DNA of 63,534 nucleotides, the filler included, from Rhabdomonas costata (Eukaryota), in assembly GCA_019059605.1 (NCBI GenBank). It is 46 parts of 46 records of this genome, joined end to end, with 100 filler letters (N's around TTAATTAATTAA, not from the genome) between each part and the next. Parts side by side here need not be neighbours in the genome. Positions count along the whole stretch, not along the records: positions 1 to 1,284 come from JAHMHO010020685.1; positions 1,385 to 2,667 come from JAHMHO010020686.1; positions 2,768 to 4,051 come from JAHMHO010020687.1; positions 4,152 to 5,435 come from JAHMHO010020688.1; positions 5,536 to 6,819 come from JAHMHO010020689.1; positions 6,920 to 8,203 come from JAHMHO010020690.1; positions 8,304 to 9,587 come from JAHMHO010020691.1; positions 9,688 to 10,970 come from JAHMHO010020692.1; 38 more parts are not named here. One strand, 5' to 3'. The position numbers were made by a program, and so were the translations under genes. Below the pieces are notes generated by a model that was not told the DNA's origin, made no database searches, and saw nothing but the letters and a program-made list of their open reading frames with translations. Positions 1 to 12,207 of this stretch are shown here, in pieces. Position 1 is the stretch's first letter. The number at the start of each line of letters is the position of its first letter.

Positions 1-2054
1 GGTGGGGGTGCCTCCTCCGTCAGCCTCCGCTGTGGGTCAGGCTTAGACATGAGGGAGTGAGGGAGTGTGGGTTCCGGAACACACAAATTTAGGGTATGAA
101 AAACCAGACAAGCAAGCTGCAAGGCACCTAGTCTGGAGCGTTCGTTGACATGGCGGCGGTAAGAGCGATTGTCCACAGTCCGCGGATTCCTTTGGGATTT
201 TTTGCGATTAAAACCAGAGAGAAGGTCAGAGGAATCCTCCCAAGCGAAGCGTCGTGCGCCCCGGTGGTAGACATGACCAGCAGATTAACCAGGTAAAATG
301 GAAAAGAGTGGAGTGGTCTTAGCTAGAGCGGTTTTGTTCTTGGGGCAAAGGATTTCCTGTTCACCATGGTTCATCCAAGCTCGCAGTGAAAATAGAATTG
401 TACATAGTGCACCTTTTGTTGCCTGTTTTACTTTCCCCAGCTCGCCAGCACAAGAAACGGCGCGGGCGCAACCTGGGGAGGAAGATTGTGGCTTCCTCCT
501 CACTCGTCACCATTCTGGAAGGCATTCGGGAGGGTCCAAGTCCACCCCCCCCCCCTCACGTGTCATCAATATAAATCACACCCAGTCATGCCCCATAACA
601 CCAGTCCCAACCCATCACCTCGTACACTAACCCTCCAATTTTTTTTTACCTTTGTTTCAAGTCTGAAAAGGTGTTTTTTGTCTGAGCAGCAGCAACATTA
701 GGAGATTATTACTGACGCTAGCATGTGCAAAAATATCCGTGGTAATGAAAAAAATGAGCGGAATTTATTCCCTTCGTTTCGTATCGCTTGAAAACGAGCA
801 AAGTGAAACAGGGTTGGGAGAAAGTTGGAGGGGGGGGGCGAGCACATAACCGACCACTTGGGTGACAAATCACCGCTGATCGTCTGATGAAACACACCCT
901 GACCTATTCCCTTTGGAAAGACCCACTGCTCTTCTACAGCAGCTCACTAAAGGGGTTCGACCACCCTGCAATCTGCGGCGGCTCGAATCACCCCATCCCC
1001 CAAAATGGTAAAACCGACTTCTCCACCACACATCATTTCAGATGAATCACCGAGTACCCTTTTGGTGTCCGTTCATAGGCCCTCAACTCACAATCTGTCG
1101 CCTTACTCCCGCCTTGACAGCAGGAGAAATTCCATTCGGAATCAAAGCCCACAAACCCGCACCGTAACGCAAAACAACCCCAAGACCGCTGTAAATCACA
1201 CACCCAACGCTACAGAAGGCCATGACCACCGTAAGACCATAACCCCATACGCTCAGAACCCCAACCCCAACCACACCCACCACANNNNNNNNNNNNNNNN
1301 NNNNNNNNNNNNNNNNNNNNNNNNNNNNTTAATTAATTAANNNNNNNNNNNNNNNNNNNNNNNNNNNNNNNNNNNNNNNNNNNNGTGTTTGGGTACAGCG
1401 GGGTCCCTGTGGTGAGGTGCCGGACCCACGCCGGTGTCTTCCGGCTCAGCGGCTGCGTCGGTTGTGCTCTCTCTCTCCCTCCCTCCCTTCCTCATCAGAT
1501 CATTCAGCTGCTCACCCTTTTTACCTCACACTCTCTCCCTCCATCGCACTCTCCCACTCTTATATCTCTCTAAAATGAGCAATATCATAGTCGTCCTCCC
1601 TGTCTCCATCTCTCTTGCGCAAAGGTGTTCTTCCCCTTGTGATCCTGCCGCCCCCTTCACGCATCTCTGATTCTGAGACAGAAGAAATGCTCGAGTGCGC
1701 ATGACCATGACGTTGAACACAACCATGTGCGGTGAGATGCTGCATTGGTTGTTTGCCATGTTACGGCGCCCTGCACTTGGGGTGGGTGCGCCAAGCCTGT
1801 CTGAGGGCTTTAGGCATTCGGGCTCTCTTCTCAGGTGCAACCTAAATTTCGGTGAAATTCCGTGGCCTCTGGGGCCTCCTCCTTCTGCCGCTGCCACGGG
1901 ATGCCGGTGGCGGTGCAGCCCATCATCCCTTCCTGTTTTCGTGCCCCGTTATCCCTGCACGGCACACCGTCGGATGGAAATTTCGATCACCATAGTTTCT
2001 GTTGTCGTTCTGCTCAGTGCGTCGATGTGCCCCCCCACTCTTTCCCATGTGCAG

Positions 2055-2240
2055 TGAGTACGTGCCGGCTTCCACCCGTTTTCCCCGAGGGCTACTACCT
2101 CGCTGGGCCGGAGCGCTGTGCGGGGTTGCGGACCGCGGCGTGGTGTGCCCATGGGATTCGCTGCATGGCGGGTTTCCACGGCACCCCGGTGCTGAGCTGC
2201 AACACCACCGGAGACTTCTTCAACTTCACGGGGTGCCTCG
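2055..2240 (+). CDS. Internal exon encoding a Cys-rich, sushi/CCP-like extracellular module
   Basis: tgtgcag|TG...CTCG|gtgcgt; 186 nt, phase 1-1. Peptide STCRLPPVFPEGYYLAGPERCAGLRTAAWCAHGIRCMAGFHGTPVLSCNTTGDFFNFTGCL, with the pattern C..GF.G.P.L.C...G..F...GC. Confidence 0.7.
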
Positions 2241-4155
2241 GTGCGTGAGAGAGCGCTGGTGGTGTGGGTGGGTGGGTAGATGACTGCTTGAGGCAACGCA
2301 GAGGTGATTGGCGGAACGTGCTGTGGCCCCCTGTGTCAAGCCTGCCGGAGAACGGGCGTCCTCAGCTTCTTTCCCAGTTTGTTTTAGGTTTACCAGTCTA
2401 CTACTACTGGTCTCGAGTGCCTGGTAGGTATGACTGGTTCTCAGTGGCAGCTGGTGGTGGCAAGACTTCTCTTCTTATTAGTTTTGTTTGCGTGAGAAAA
2501 GTGAATAGTCAATCCCCTTCCAGTTGTGGAAACTGCCGGTGAGCAGCCACGGGGCCTTAAGCTCTTTGGCGGAGGATGGTTTCCCCGCGGACTTAACCCC
2601 ACGCCAATGCCCACTCCTCACTCCTCTTCCGGAACTCAGCGAATCAGTGCACGCTCTCCATGGCGGCNNNNNNNNNNNNNNNNNNNNNNNNNNNNNNNNN
2701 NNNNNNNNNNNTTAATTAATTAANNNNNNNNNNNNNNNNNNNNNNNNNNNNNNNNNNNNNNNNNNNNGGTTGTGGAGTGGAGGCCTCGACGTGTGCCATA
2801 GGTCACCAGATTTTCCTCGTCACGCCCATAAAACAACCCCAAACCAACCTCAGTGGTCACCCAACCTCTGGGCCAATTTCCTCCACATAGCGGCTCTTAC
2901 TCAGCCAAAAGTCCGATTTCCTCCACGTCCTGAAGTTCAGTTTCCTCCGCGGCATAACTCTTTCACTTACAAAAAAGGCCCATCCATGTCCGTCCGCCAT
3001 AGACGCCCTCACAAAAAAACTGGCATGAAACTCATAACTGAAGCGAGTCTTCCTTCAGGGAGCACACAGTACAGCCGAAACTGTTTCACTTCGCAGCATC
3101 GGTGATGGCTACCTCAGTGTCAATTGTATAAGTTTGTGGTAGTTGGCTCATCATTTGACTTCGGACTGAGAGCAAAAACTCAACCCATTTCACATCATTA
3201 ACGCCGGCAAAAAAAAAAGCGATGGAGCAAATTCCCGCCCAAATCGGTTCAGCAGTGTTCAGACAACAGCTTTGCAGACACCCAAGAAAAAAGCTAAAAA
3301 GGTTCAGCGCAGAAGGTCACTGAAACGGGGACCATTGACAGAGTTTCAGATCGAACCTTCGGGGGGGGGGCGCTTTACGGATGCCACAACACCGCAAATC
3401 CATGCAAAAGACGGGTAATCCTCCAAAGCTGCTAGGAAATGGAAACGACAGCCCACGCCAGCACCACAGGAACGTCATGACTAAATGCACGTGAAACGCG
3501 CTGGTGGTGTTGGAAAGTGTCATGGCACAAAACAGTGAGTAATGGAAAGTCACATTGAGTAAGGGTGAGCGACGGGAACCAAAATGAGATCCGCAAAGAC
3601 GGAAGGAAGGCAAAGAGGTCCGGTCAAAAGTGATAATCAGATTTCACTCCCAGCCAAAGGACCAGCAACATCGAAGAAGGTTTACTCAGTCCATGACCTG
3701 CAACGAAACCCACACCACACAAAAAATATAAAAGGAAACCAACCGAACAAGCCCCTCCCCTCCTTCAAACAACAACACACTCACAGGCAGCCAGCACATG
3801 CGTCCATAACTGGTCTGCAAGGTCCGAACCAAAACCGCAGTGCAGCGCAGATGCTCATGAATTGCAGCAAATTTTGCAGCAGGGGATTTCTGCACTTGGA
3901 CCACATCGATACATCGATGAGGAGAATAGCGGTGCCCTCGCAAACCTGGGCAGTGGCACTGCATTTGGGAAGTTGGGAAAATGGGTAAATCCATGCGCAG
4001 ATTGGTTATCAACTGCCAAACGGAAAAAACGCACGCCCCCCCCCCCCCCCCNNNNNNNNNNNNNNNNNNNNNNNNNNNNNNNNNNNNNNNNNNNNTTAAT
4101 TAATTAANNNNNNNNNNNNNNNNNNNNNNNNNNNNNNNNNNNNNNNNNNNNACAG

Positions 4156-4489
4156 GTTTCTTTTGACTGACGAGTTCAGGTGGGAACACGAGAGACGGTT
4201 GGTGAGCTTTCCAGAACAGTGCCTGTTCCACCACCGCAAGAGGCACCACTGGTTTGAGCTCATCTCGGGGTGCCAGCTGGATCTCTGTGGGGGGCCTGGG
4301 CAGAAGCTTCAGCTTTTCCGGGGCCACCACCTCATCCAGAAGCCCTTCAGAATCCTGAAGCACCACGTCCTCGGCTTGCCGGCCTCCCCCGCCCCTATTG
4401 TGGTGATTTCCACGGGGACACACTACGTCGGCGGTACTTCCCTCCTCAGTCTCCCACCCATCCCCGAAACTCTTCTGAGGAACCGCTGA
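4156..4489 (+). CDS. Probable exon of an unknown protein (weak SGNH/PC-esterase-like motif PIVVISTGTHY)
   Basis: acag| at the contig start, then an open GC3-rich frame FLLTDEFRWEHERRLVSFPEQCLF... The family assignment is speculative. Confidence 0.35.
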
Positions 4490-7198
4490 CAGCAGCACTC
4501 TCTCAACATCGCCTCTTTTTACTCCCATTCACTACTTACAGTCTCGTTGCGCTTTTTGTTCGCGGGCGTTTTACCACCGTGTGCTGAGCCGAACTTCCCA
4601 CTGTTGCAGTATCCAGGTCTCTACTCCAGGAGAGTGTACGTGAATCACGCAGTACACTCAGTCTATGCCGCAACACCGGTAAAGTGGGTGTGACCTCATT
4701 TTTGACATGTTTGTGGCCACCTTCATTTTGGGGGGGGGGGGAGGAGGAATATTAGCTCCTGACCTTGGTGGCTTGGTGGCCATTGTAGCACCCAATCTTT
4801 CACACAGTCCCTCAAATCCCTAAGGAAGAAATACGTCATTGAAAAACTACAATATAACAGAATCAGCGGCGGCGAGGTGCTAAGGGGACGTGGAATCGCT
4901 CACGGACCACGTAGATTGGACTCGCGTGGGGATTACTTGGGAATTTGGACTGGCCACAAGACACTAGATGACTGACGACGCCCCCCTACCCCGCCTGACC
5001 CTGCGTGTACTCACCCCACGGTTCCCTCTGTGTCTTTTGCCCCCTCAACCCACTGTGTTTTGACCGATAACCCCTGTAAGCCCACATGCAGAAGGACCGG
5101 AGAACATGTGGAAACCAGGGATGGGGACTGACTTTGGACTGGAACTCGGTTTCCTGTGGCCGACACTGCCTCACTCTTTCCAAAAATTGGATGTGGAATT
5201 TTTGTCGTATCTCAGGCAAAGACAAGAACGTCTCGGGGTTTGTCGGAGTTCGTACTTTTTACGAGCATCATCCCAATAGGGGAGGTTGCCGACCGGTTGT
5301 GGTTGTCCTTGCAACCCCCAAAGTGGCCCACCATCGTCTTTAGGGCGAATTTACCTGTTGCTGGAGCAGCGCCTCCCGGATGTCCACCAGCCACTCCCAC
5401 CCGAAGGACCGAGCGGAGCGCAGGCTGTTCCGGGGNNNNNNNNNNNNNNNNNNNNNNNNNNNNNNNNNNNNNNNNNNNNTTAATTAATTAANNNNNNNNN
5501 NNNNNNNNNNNNNNNNNNNNNNNNNNNNNNNNNNNGGTTTTTGTTTTGTGTGTCTGTATTGGTTGGACTGGATGCGTGGATGGCTATGCCTCTTCATTAT
5601 TTAGGAGTTGATTCCTGCCACCCAAGTCGAGATCTCGCCCAGCCGCACCACAAAGAGAAAGGCATGTAGGTGAAATAACCGTGGGGGAACATGGAATAGA
5701 ACCCTTCACTTTCTCAAAGAGCTCAGAGGGTTACCGACCCCTCCATGTGTTCCTGAGTGTTCGCGTGATACCGCCGTGCGCGCATTGCCAGAATGCTATC
5801 CCATTTAACAGAATGACGACGGGACACGAACAATTTCGACTTTTATAATAGTGTGTGTGGGACTGGATTTCTGACGGAACTGTTTGGAACTCTGCTGACA
5901 TTGGTGAAACCTGTTGTGGGGCAGCCTATACGGGTGGATGCGGGTGGAAATGATCGGTGTTTTTTCATGGGGCTCTGTAGGTCAGCAGCTCGGGAACGGC
6001 TCGAGTAACAGCAGTTGCAGCAGCACCGAAGGACGATGGCACAAGCTCTCGGCAGCCACCGCCCAGCTCCGAGGGGCCTGCGTGGAAGAGGCCTCGCCTG
6101 ACGGCGAGGGCCGTGGAGGTCGCTCGGAAAATCAAGGGCTCTCCACACGGCAAGGAAAAGAATGCAAAGGAAAACAGGTAGCGGAGGGTGTGGGGAATTC
6201 CCCCTTTCTTCACCGCCCTACTTCCTGTTCTCAACGAATGTATGGATATGGACGTGTTGGTTTTTGTGGAGCGTTGTCGCATCACTCTGCGCTCACACCC
6301 GGAGGGTCGTTCGTGGGGAAAGGGCGATGGGAGAGGGAGAAAGATGGGCGGCGCAGCTTGCTCGAACTGCCCGGCCTGAGGACATGTACATCTTGTTTTC
6401 TGTAAGCCCCTCTTTGGTCTTCGTTTTGCGCGATATTAGATTCCTTGACGGCAAATGGTGGAAAGTTTTTCTCCTCCAGGGCAACGCAGTAGTACATCTT
6501 GCGCGTGTTGTGCTGAGTAGGTGGCTCAGCAGCTGGACTGCTGACACTGAGGGAGGGCTTTTTTCCACTGTGCCCTACCCCATCCTATCACTAATGCAGC
6601 CTCTCGGTCGCTGACTGTCATGCGCTCCAGTTGTTTTTCCCAGAAGAGGACCGAAGCTGCCAGTCACCAGCAGATATTCCAAGCATTGTCCATTCAAGCA
6701 TTGTTCATTCGAACACACAGCGGCAGCCATGGGCTGAACAGAAATCAATCCCACGGGGCTTCCGCTTGATATATTCGAGCGCAAGGAGAAAAATGCCCCT
6801 CCCTCCCTCTTGGAGTTGCNNNNNNNNNNNNNNNNNNNNNNNNNNNNNNNNNNNNNNNNNNNNTTAATTAATTAANNNNNNNNNNNNNNNNNNNNNNNNN
6901 NNNNNNNNNNNNNNNNNNNGTTTTGTTGTACACTTTTTAACTTTTAGACCTTTCAACACTTTCCATTCCGTAAATTTGTTGAATCGGTATCATCTTGGAT
7001 GACTAAGGAATGCACTGAGAAAATCATTTTATACCCGTGCAATTTGTTGCAGTTTGCCGCATGTTTCTGTATTAGAGCAAACAAGAAGAGAAAGTTACTT
7101 GCAGAAACAACCCCAGGAAGGTTGAAGTGTCAAACTTTGAGTTCAACCCTGAACTCAAGTCGTTTTGGGGTATTGGCTGGTTTGAATTTTGTGGGCAG

Positions 7199-7417
7199 AT
7201 TCTTGCTGTTCCGTGCCCTGCCTCAAAACGTTTCTTTTTGAAGGCGCAGATTTCCCGTGAGTTGCGCAGCGAAGATGAACGCGGCCGAGCTATCCGTCTG
7301 CTATCGGAGGTGCGTCGGTATGACTGTTTTACTTCTGAGGTTGTGCACTTGAATGGTCTCGTGTGCACCGGAATGGAGTGCCTTCAGCGCCAGTGGGTGC
7401 CTTTCACGCCAAAATAG
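7199..7417 (+). CDS. Possible terminal exon, unknown protein
   Basis: T-rich tract and gggcag| acceptor, 73 codons to TAG (ILAVPCPASKRFFLKAQISRELRSEDERGRAIRLL...). No family recognised. Confidence 0.3.
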   Translation: MLAVPCPASKRFFLKAQISRELRSEDERGRAIRLLSEVRRYDCFTSEVVHLNGLVCTGMECLQRQWVPFTPK

Positions 7418-8366
7418 TTTTTCCGTGTGTCATTTAAAGCAATGGTTGATTTCAGTTTTATATCTGGTCTCTTGGGTGAGATTTGTATAAGTTGCAACGA
7501 TTATGTACCACTGTTTTGAATACTTCCCGCACTGCGAAGAACTCACCACTCACTCAAGTGCTGGCTTGTTGATACAGAGGCATTCGCTGTCGTCTTCCAA
7601 AAGGTAACACCAACCAACATTTGTGCGTTGCTTTCATGTGAACGCTGTCGAAGTTTTGACAGGAATCAGATCTGTCCATTGATATGTCCCCTCCCTGACG
7701 ATAGTGAGTCAAAAGACGATAGTGTTTACTATGGTAGCCTCCGGTGGTGATACGGCTACCTCTGTGGTGGGATATGCCATACCTAGCAGAAAAACCTGGT
7801 TTTAATAAGGGGGGGGGGGGTAAGTATGTGGCACCCCAACCAAGAGTCGCGGGTTCAATTCCGAGACTCCGTAACTCGCCTACTTGGGAATGTCCGGGGT
7901 GGGTTTCCAATCCAGGGAGCCCACCAGTCTCTTCTAAGAGTGAAATGTGTGTAGTTTGTTAGCAGTGGTTGTACCCTTTGCCAGTGGTAGAGTACCACTG
8001 CGCTTAATCCAACACACTATGGCTAAGAATGCACCAAGCTAGGCCCAGCAGTGGTAGAACTGGTGGTGGCCAGTGGCAATAGTGGCAGTGTTGATGTCCC
8101 TGCGCAACAGGGGTGGGATTGGCACCATCTCTAACGTCACTCTAACCCACCGTTAGCGATGCCGATGCTGATGCCACTGTAGGATGTCACGATGTTGGCT
8201 GGGNNNNNNNNNNNNNNNNNNNNNNNNNNNNNNNNNNNNNNNNNNNNTTAATTAATTAANNNNNNNNNNNNNNNNNNNNNNNNNNNNNNNNNNNNNNNNN
8301 NNNGGTGCCACGGTCCACGGTCGAGGGGAGAGGAGAGGGGAATGGCAGAGAAGGGCGGGGCCAGGC

Positions 8367-8452
8367 CTAAGGTGCTTCAGGTGCTTCAGGTTCTTTACGG
8401 CTTGAGACACCGCGGAGTCGGTGAGGAAGGAGCACTGGTTGATGATCAGATA
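8367..8452 (-). CDS. Exon encoding a Cys-containing leucine-rich repeat (F-box/LRR type)
   Basis: ctttgctcag|TAT CTG ATC... gives YLIINQCSFLTDSAVSQAVKNLKHLKHL (LxIxxCxxLTD...LxxL). Apparent donor AG|gcctgg (GC type). Confidence 0.6.
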
Positions 8453-8649
8453 CTGAGCAAAGGACCACGCACCCGCTGACATAATGGGGTAGCCAACTCA
8501 TCCGCATACCAGCGCTGCAGCTAAAACGCGTGCGGAGCCAATGTGGAGACTCTTTGGCTAAGAATCAAAGCTGAAACAGGTGGGATATTTGTCCTTTATC
8601 TTTCATAGGGGACGTGGGACACGCAATGTATGCATGTGCGCAAATTCAG

Positions 8650-9404
8650 GGCAACCTTGTCACGGTGCAGTCACAGGAGTCTGCGGAGTGGCTGGAGCGC
8701 CTGCTTCGCCAGATCACCGTTTTTATGGGGAACTCCTCAGGTTTGGTCTGGGAATTTATAGTCAAACACACACTTTCACACCGACGAGGTTATAGTTTAC
8801 TGTGGCACACCCCTTGAGCTCATGCCACTCCCTTCTGGGGATTCCAGCTGAGCCATAATAATTTAGGTTCAGAAGTGGTCTCGCAAAGAATAGAACAACC
8901 CATCGGCAGAAGGAAAGAGAAGAGTATTTTCCCGTGAGAAAACTGGAGGGTTTTTCTTCTGTTGCATTCTCTCGCTTTGACAGTGTACACTTGTTCCAAC
9001 GTGTTTTTATCTTTGTTACTGATCCTTTTCTGTCCAATAGCGCTGTCGCCACCATGCGATGCAAATTTCTTCACAACCACCCCTCCCCTCGTTTTGCAAA
9101 GTCCCCAAAGGCCCTTGTTGCCTTTTCTTTGGAGGCAAGCCATGCTTCCCTTATTGTGATGCTGCCCGCGTGTTTGCATCGTTCTTCGTCAATCGCACCC
9201 GAGCCTCAGGGGGTTGGGGGTCTCTATTTAGGGTGTTCCTTGTCTCCGCTGAGGGGTCGGGAGATGAAGCGAGTGGTGGTGCGGCACTCCCTTAGCCAGG
9301 CTTGGCGCCTCGGGCGGGCGGCGCTGCAAGCCTTTGCCGCTGGGCAGGACCCGGTCCCCGCTGTGATGGCGCTGGGTGGAGGGAGGCTTCTACTGAGAGG
9401 AAAG
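8650..9404 (+). CDS. DUF917-family protein, two internal exons (8650-8740, 9232-9404)
   Basis: The GT-AG intron joins in phase 1: GNLVTVQSQESAEWLERLLRQITVFMGNSSG/CSLSPLRGREMKRVVVRHSLSQAWRLGRAALQAFAAGQDPVPAVMALGGGRLLLRGK. This fits the DUF917 pattern GN.V....W.ER..R....MG...P..G...K.....LS.AW..G.A.....P.......G..L..GK. Confidence 0.75.
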
Positions 9405-10541
9405 GTTTCACCGCACTCCTTCATTCTCATCTTGGGAAACGAAGCTGATTGTTGTCGTAGTTCCGTTGGCTGGTGTTTCCGACATTCAAGCAACGAATAT
9501 AGTGGGCACTGACCGGGGTAAACCACAACTTCATACCGATCGCTGAGGTAGCGCCGCCTGTGTTGCAAGGACGATCGCCCCCCAACANNNNNNNNNNNNN
9601 NNNNNNNNNNNNNNNNNNNNNNNNNNNNNNNTTAATTAATTAANNNNNNNNNNNNNNNNNNNNNNNNNNNNNNNNNNNNNNNNNNNNGGTGTGCCTGCAA
9701 CGATTTTTGTCATTGATAACCACCTGCCGTCACGGACACACGATCCGCACGACAAGATTTCGCTCCCGCAAATTGTGAAGGCCACTTCCGAGCAGTGCGT
9801 TTCTTGATAAGACAACTGGAACAACAGAAACGGCGAGACACACAGGGGCAGGAACAACAGAAAAATGCCACCGACCACAGACGTTGGGACTTTACCATCC
9901 AAGTCGGGGTTAGGGTGGGGGTGCAAGTGCCTTCCTCAGACAGGTGAATCCTACGCCTCAGGCAGTCCTTGTTCTTTTGTCGGGGGAAAGCATTCATACA
10001 TTGGTTGAAGCGTCCTGCTGCAGTGCGCTGCCGCTGGGTCCCTCCATGAGAAACCCGACAATTCACGAGCCGGACACAAAACAGCGATCACCGGAAGAGC
10101 AAGAAAGGCACAAGGAAAAAAGAGTAGCTGTTTGTAAAACGCGTGAACGGACCGACTCCTACCAAAAACAAGCTCTCACCTGAAGCTCGTGGCTACATAG
10201 GTCTTCTAGGCAATAAGGATGAAAACGGAGACTTTCGGTTGTCACCGAAAAATGAAGGTAAACAACAGTGTTTTTTGCAAGCGATATGGTATAAGGTAAG
10301 GAAAAAGCCGTAAGGAAAAAGGCATAGGTAGAACAAGGCAACAAGGGTTGGTAGCAAAGAGGCAATAAGGAAGCACATTTATGTTCAGCTACAACATGTT
10401 AAGTGCAATGAAAGGAGGGGAAACTTAAACCCTCGCGAAACCACCAAAGGAAACTCAATACATCCTCTCTTTCGCATGAAACTATCACTGGAATCCCACG
10501 TGCAGACGAGGAGCCAGTCAGCTACCGCATTCGCGTTCAGG

Positions 10542-10726
10542 TCAGTCAGTCTTGGGTTGACTGCCAAGGGCAGTGTCACAGAGGGCCGGAAAGGTGCATT
10601 GGCAGGGTCCTGTCCGGATCTTCCGGTAGGTCAAAGAGACCCTGGTGCCCCGGGCGCAGAAGCGCCCGTTCACAAGATCATACTTGCGCTGCGCAATGCC
10701 ATGCTCCCAGTCGTACCGAGACTCGC
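10542..10726 (-). CDS. ALKBH8: ALKBH8-like 2OG-Fe(II) dioxygenase, last exon (end of AlkB domain plus Zn-binding C-terminus)
   Basis: ttcttcgcag|GC GAG... gives GESRYDWEHGIAQRKYDLVNGRFCARGTRVSLTYRKIRTGPCQCTFPALCD...stop. GESRY.W.HGI..RK.D, R.SLT.R and PC.C..P..CD are ALKBH8 motifs. Confidence 0.85.
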
Positions 10727-11413
10727 CTGCGAAGAAGTAGAGCAAGCGTTCTCGAACCAACACTGTCCATATGATGCTGAAATACCTACACAGCCGTAGC
10801 GCAACTTGAAGCCGACTGACACGTACAAACAACTGGGCAACCACAGTGAACCGTCTGTTGGTGTCTTAAGACCGTTGTACAGATTCCCCTGCGCTTGCAA
10901 GACAAGATTCTAAGCCAGGAGGTCATTCGTCCCAATAATAACTCTTCTGGCCTAATAATAATAACAAAAANNNNNNNNNNNNNNNNNNNNNNNNNNNNNN
11001 NNNNNNNNNNNNNNTTAATTAATTAANNNNNNNNNNNNNNNNNNNNNNNNNNNNNNNNNNNNNNNNNNNNGGGTGGTTGTAGGCAAACCAAAACCAACAC
11101 AGGAAACATTTCTGGTATCATACGGCAGGTAACAGCAGGTACGGTGCACCTAATGCCAGAACAAAGCCACCGAGAAGATACGGTTCCGCAGACGACGCGT
11201 GGAATGGTTCACGCGGACCAGTGTTGTGAGCGAAAAACCTGCGGCTGCACAGCACAGCTCAGTATGAACCTTAAAGAGCGACACAGCGCTGTTATTTTTT
11301 TGCTGTTAATACAGGATGCTGGTTTTCACGCATCCAATCCGCGAATGCCAGACTCAATCGATCACTCCAGAGAGGGGGATGTACTGCAACCCCTCTCATC
11401 CCAAACACTGCCC

Positions 11414-11506
11414 TCACTGCGGCGCCGTGCTGAACTTCACCAGCTCACTGAGTTCGAAAAGCTTCTCCGCGGGCTTCTTCAGCTGCTGCCCCCGCCGCTG
11501 CTCCTC
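11414..11506 (-). CDS. Possible short terminal exon, unknown protein
   Basis: ctcgttcgcag|GAG GAG CAG... gives EEQRRGQQLKKPAEKLFELSELVKFSTAPQ*, with GC3-rich codons. Confidence 0.3.
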   Translation of the reverse strand, partial: EEQRRGQQLKKPAEKLFELSELVKFSTAPQ

Positions 11507-12079
11507 CTGCGAACGAGGTCACCAGGGGAGCCACCTCTTTTTATCATCTTTTAGTTTTCCAGCCTACTGCTGTTCTGCTGTTTTCCTGGGAATGTCAAAT
11601 TAATACAAACCACCAAAGCCATGGCGTCCGAGGGCTCGGGCTTGTCGTGCAAAGCGCGGGGAGGGCCAAACGTATGGAGCGACTCATGAAGCGAATTGCA
11701 CATGGAAAAGTCCCCGGCGCTTCCCTGTCAGTAATGTGTGAGTAAGGGTCTGTGCGTGTATCTGCCAGTTTCACCTGGCACTAGAGGAGACCGCCTTAGC
11801 AACGGGAACGACGAAATGAAGCCTGACCCCGCTTACCCCACCACAAGACGGAATCTTCAAAGACACCCCAGTTCATCAGAAGCGCCGTTCAAATCGGTCT
11901 GATGCTCAGGGTTTGGGCCTTACAGGCAGAATCAAAACGACATGAAAAAAAAATCAACTTTCAGTTACTCCTTGTCCGAGGGCTCTTTTTGTTCCTAAGG
12001 CATAGCCCTCCCCGATGAAAACCCTTCTTGCACCATGACCTTCTCTTGCTTGCTTGTGAGTTCTCCAGGAGGCACCCGC

Positions 12080-12207
12080 AAAAATGAGAGAATTTGACCT
12101 AAAACGACCATAAAATACCCCAAATCACCTAAAAACAGCCCAAAATCGGCAAAAACAGCTCAAGAGAGGCAAACATGGGGAAATTAGGCAAACTTTGCAC
12201 ATAAAAT
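12080..12207 (+). repeat. Phased A-tract array (~10-bp period)
   Basis: A-runs begin at about 12080, 12091, 12101, 12112, 12122, 12131, 12142, 12151, 12162, 12171, 12181, 12190 and 12203, separated by short spacers that are mostly G/C-rich. Confidence 0.75.

Noticed and set aside
884..893. CTGATGA followed by AAC as a hammerhead ribozyme core
   Set aside because: There is no stem II between CUGAUGA and a GAAA, and no supporting helices.
1329..1340. Recurrent TTAATTAATTAA palindrome as a regulatory site or CRISPR-like repeat
   Set aside because: It always sits between two 44-N runs, so it is a synthetic six-frame-stop linker. ORFs ending in X...LIN are artefacts of it.
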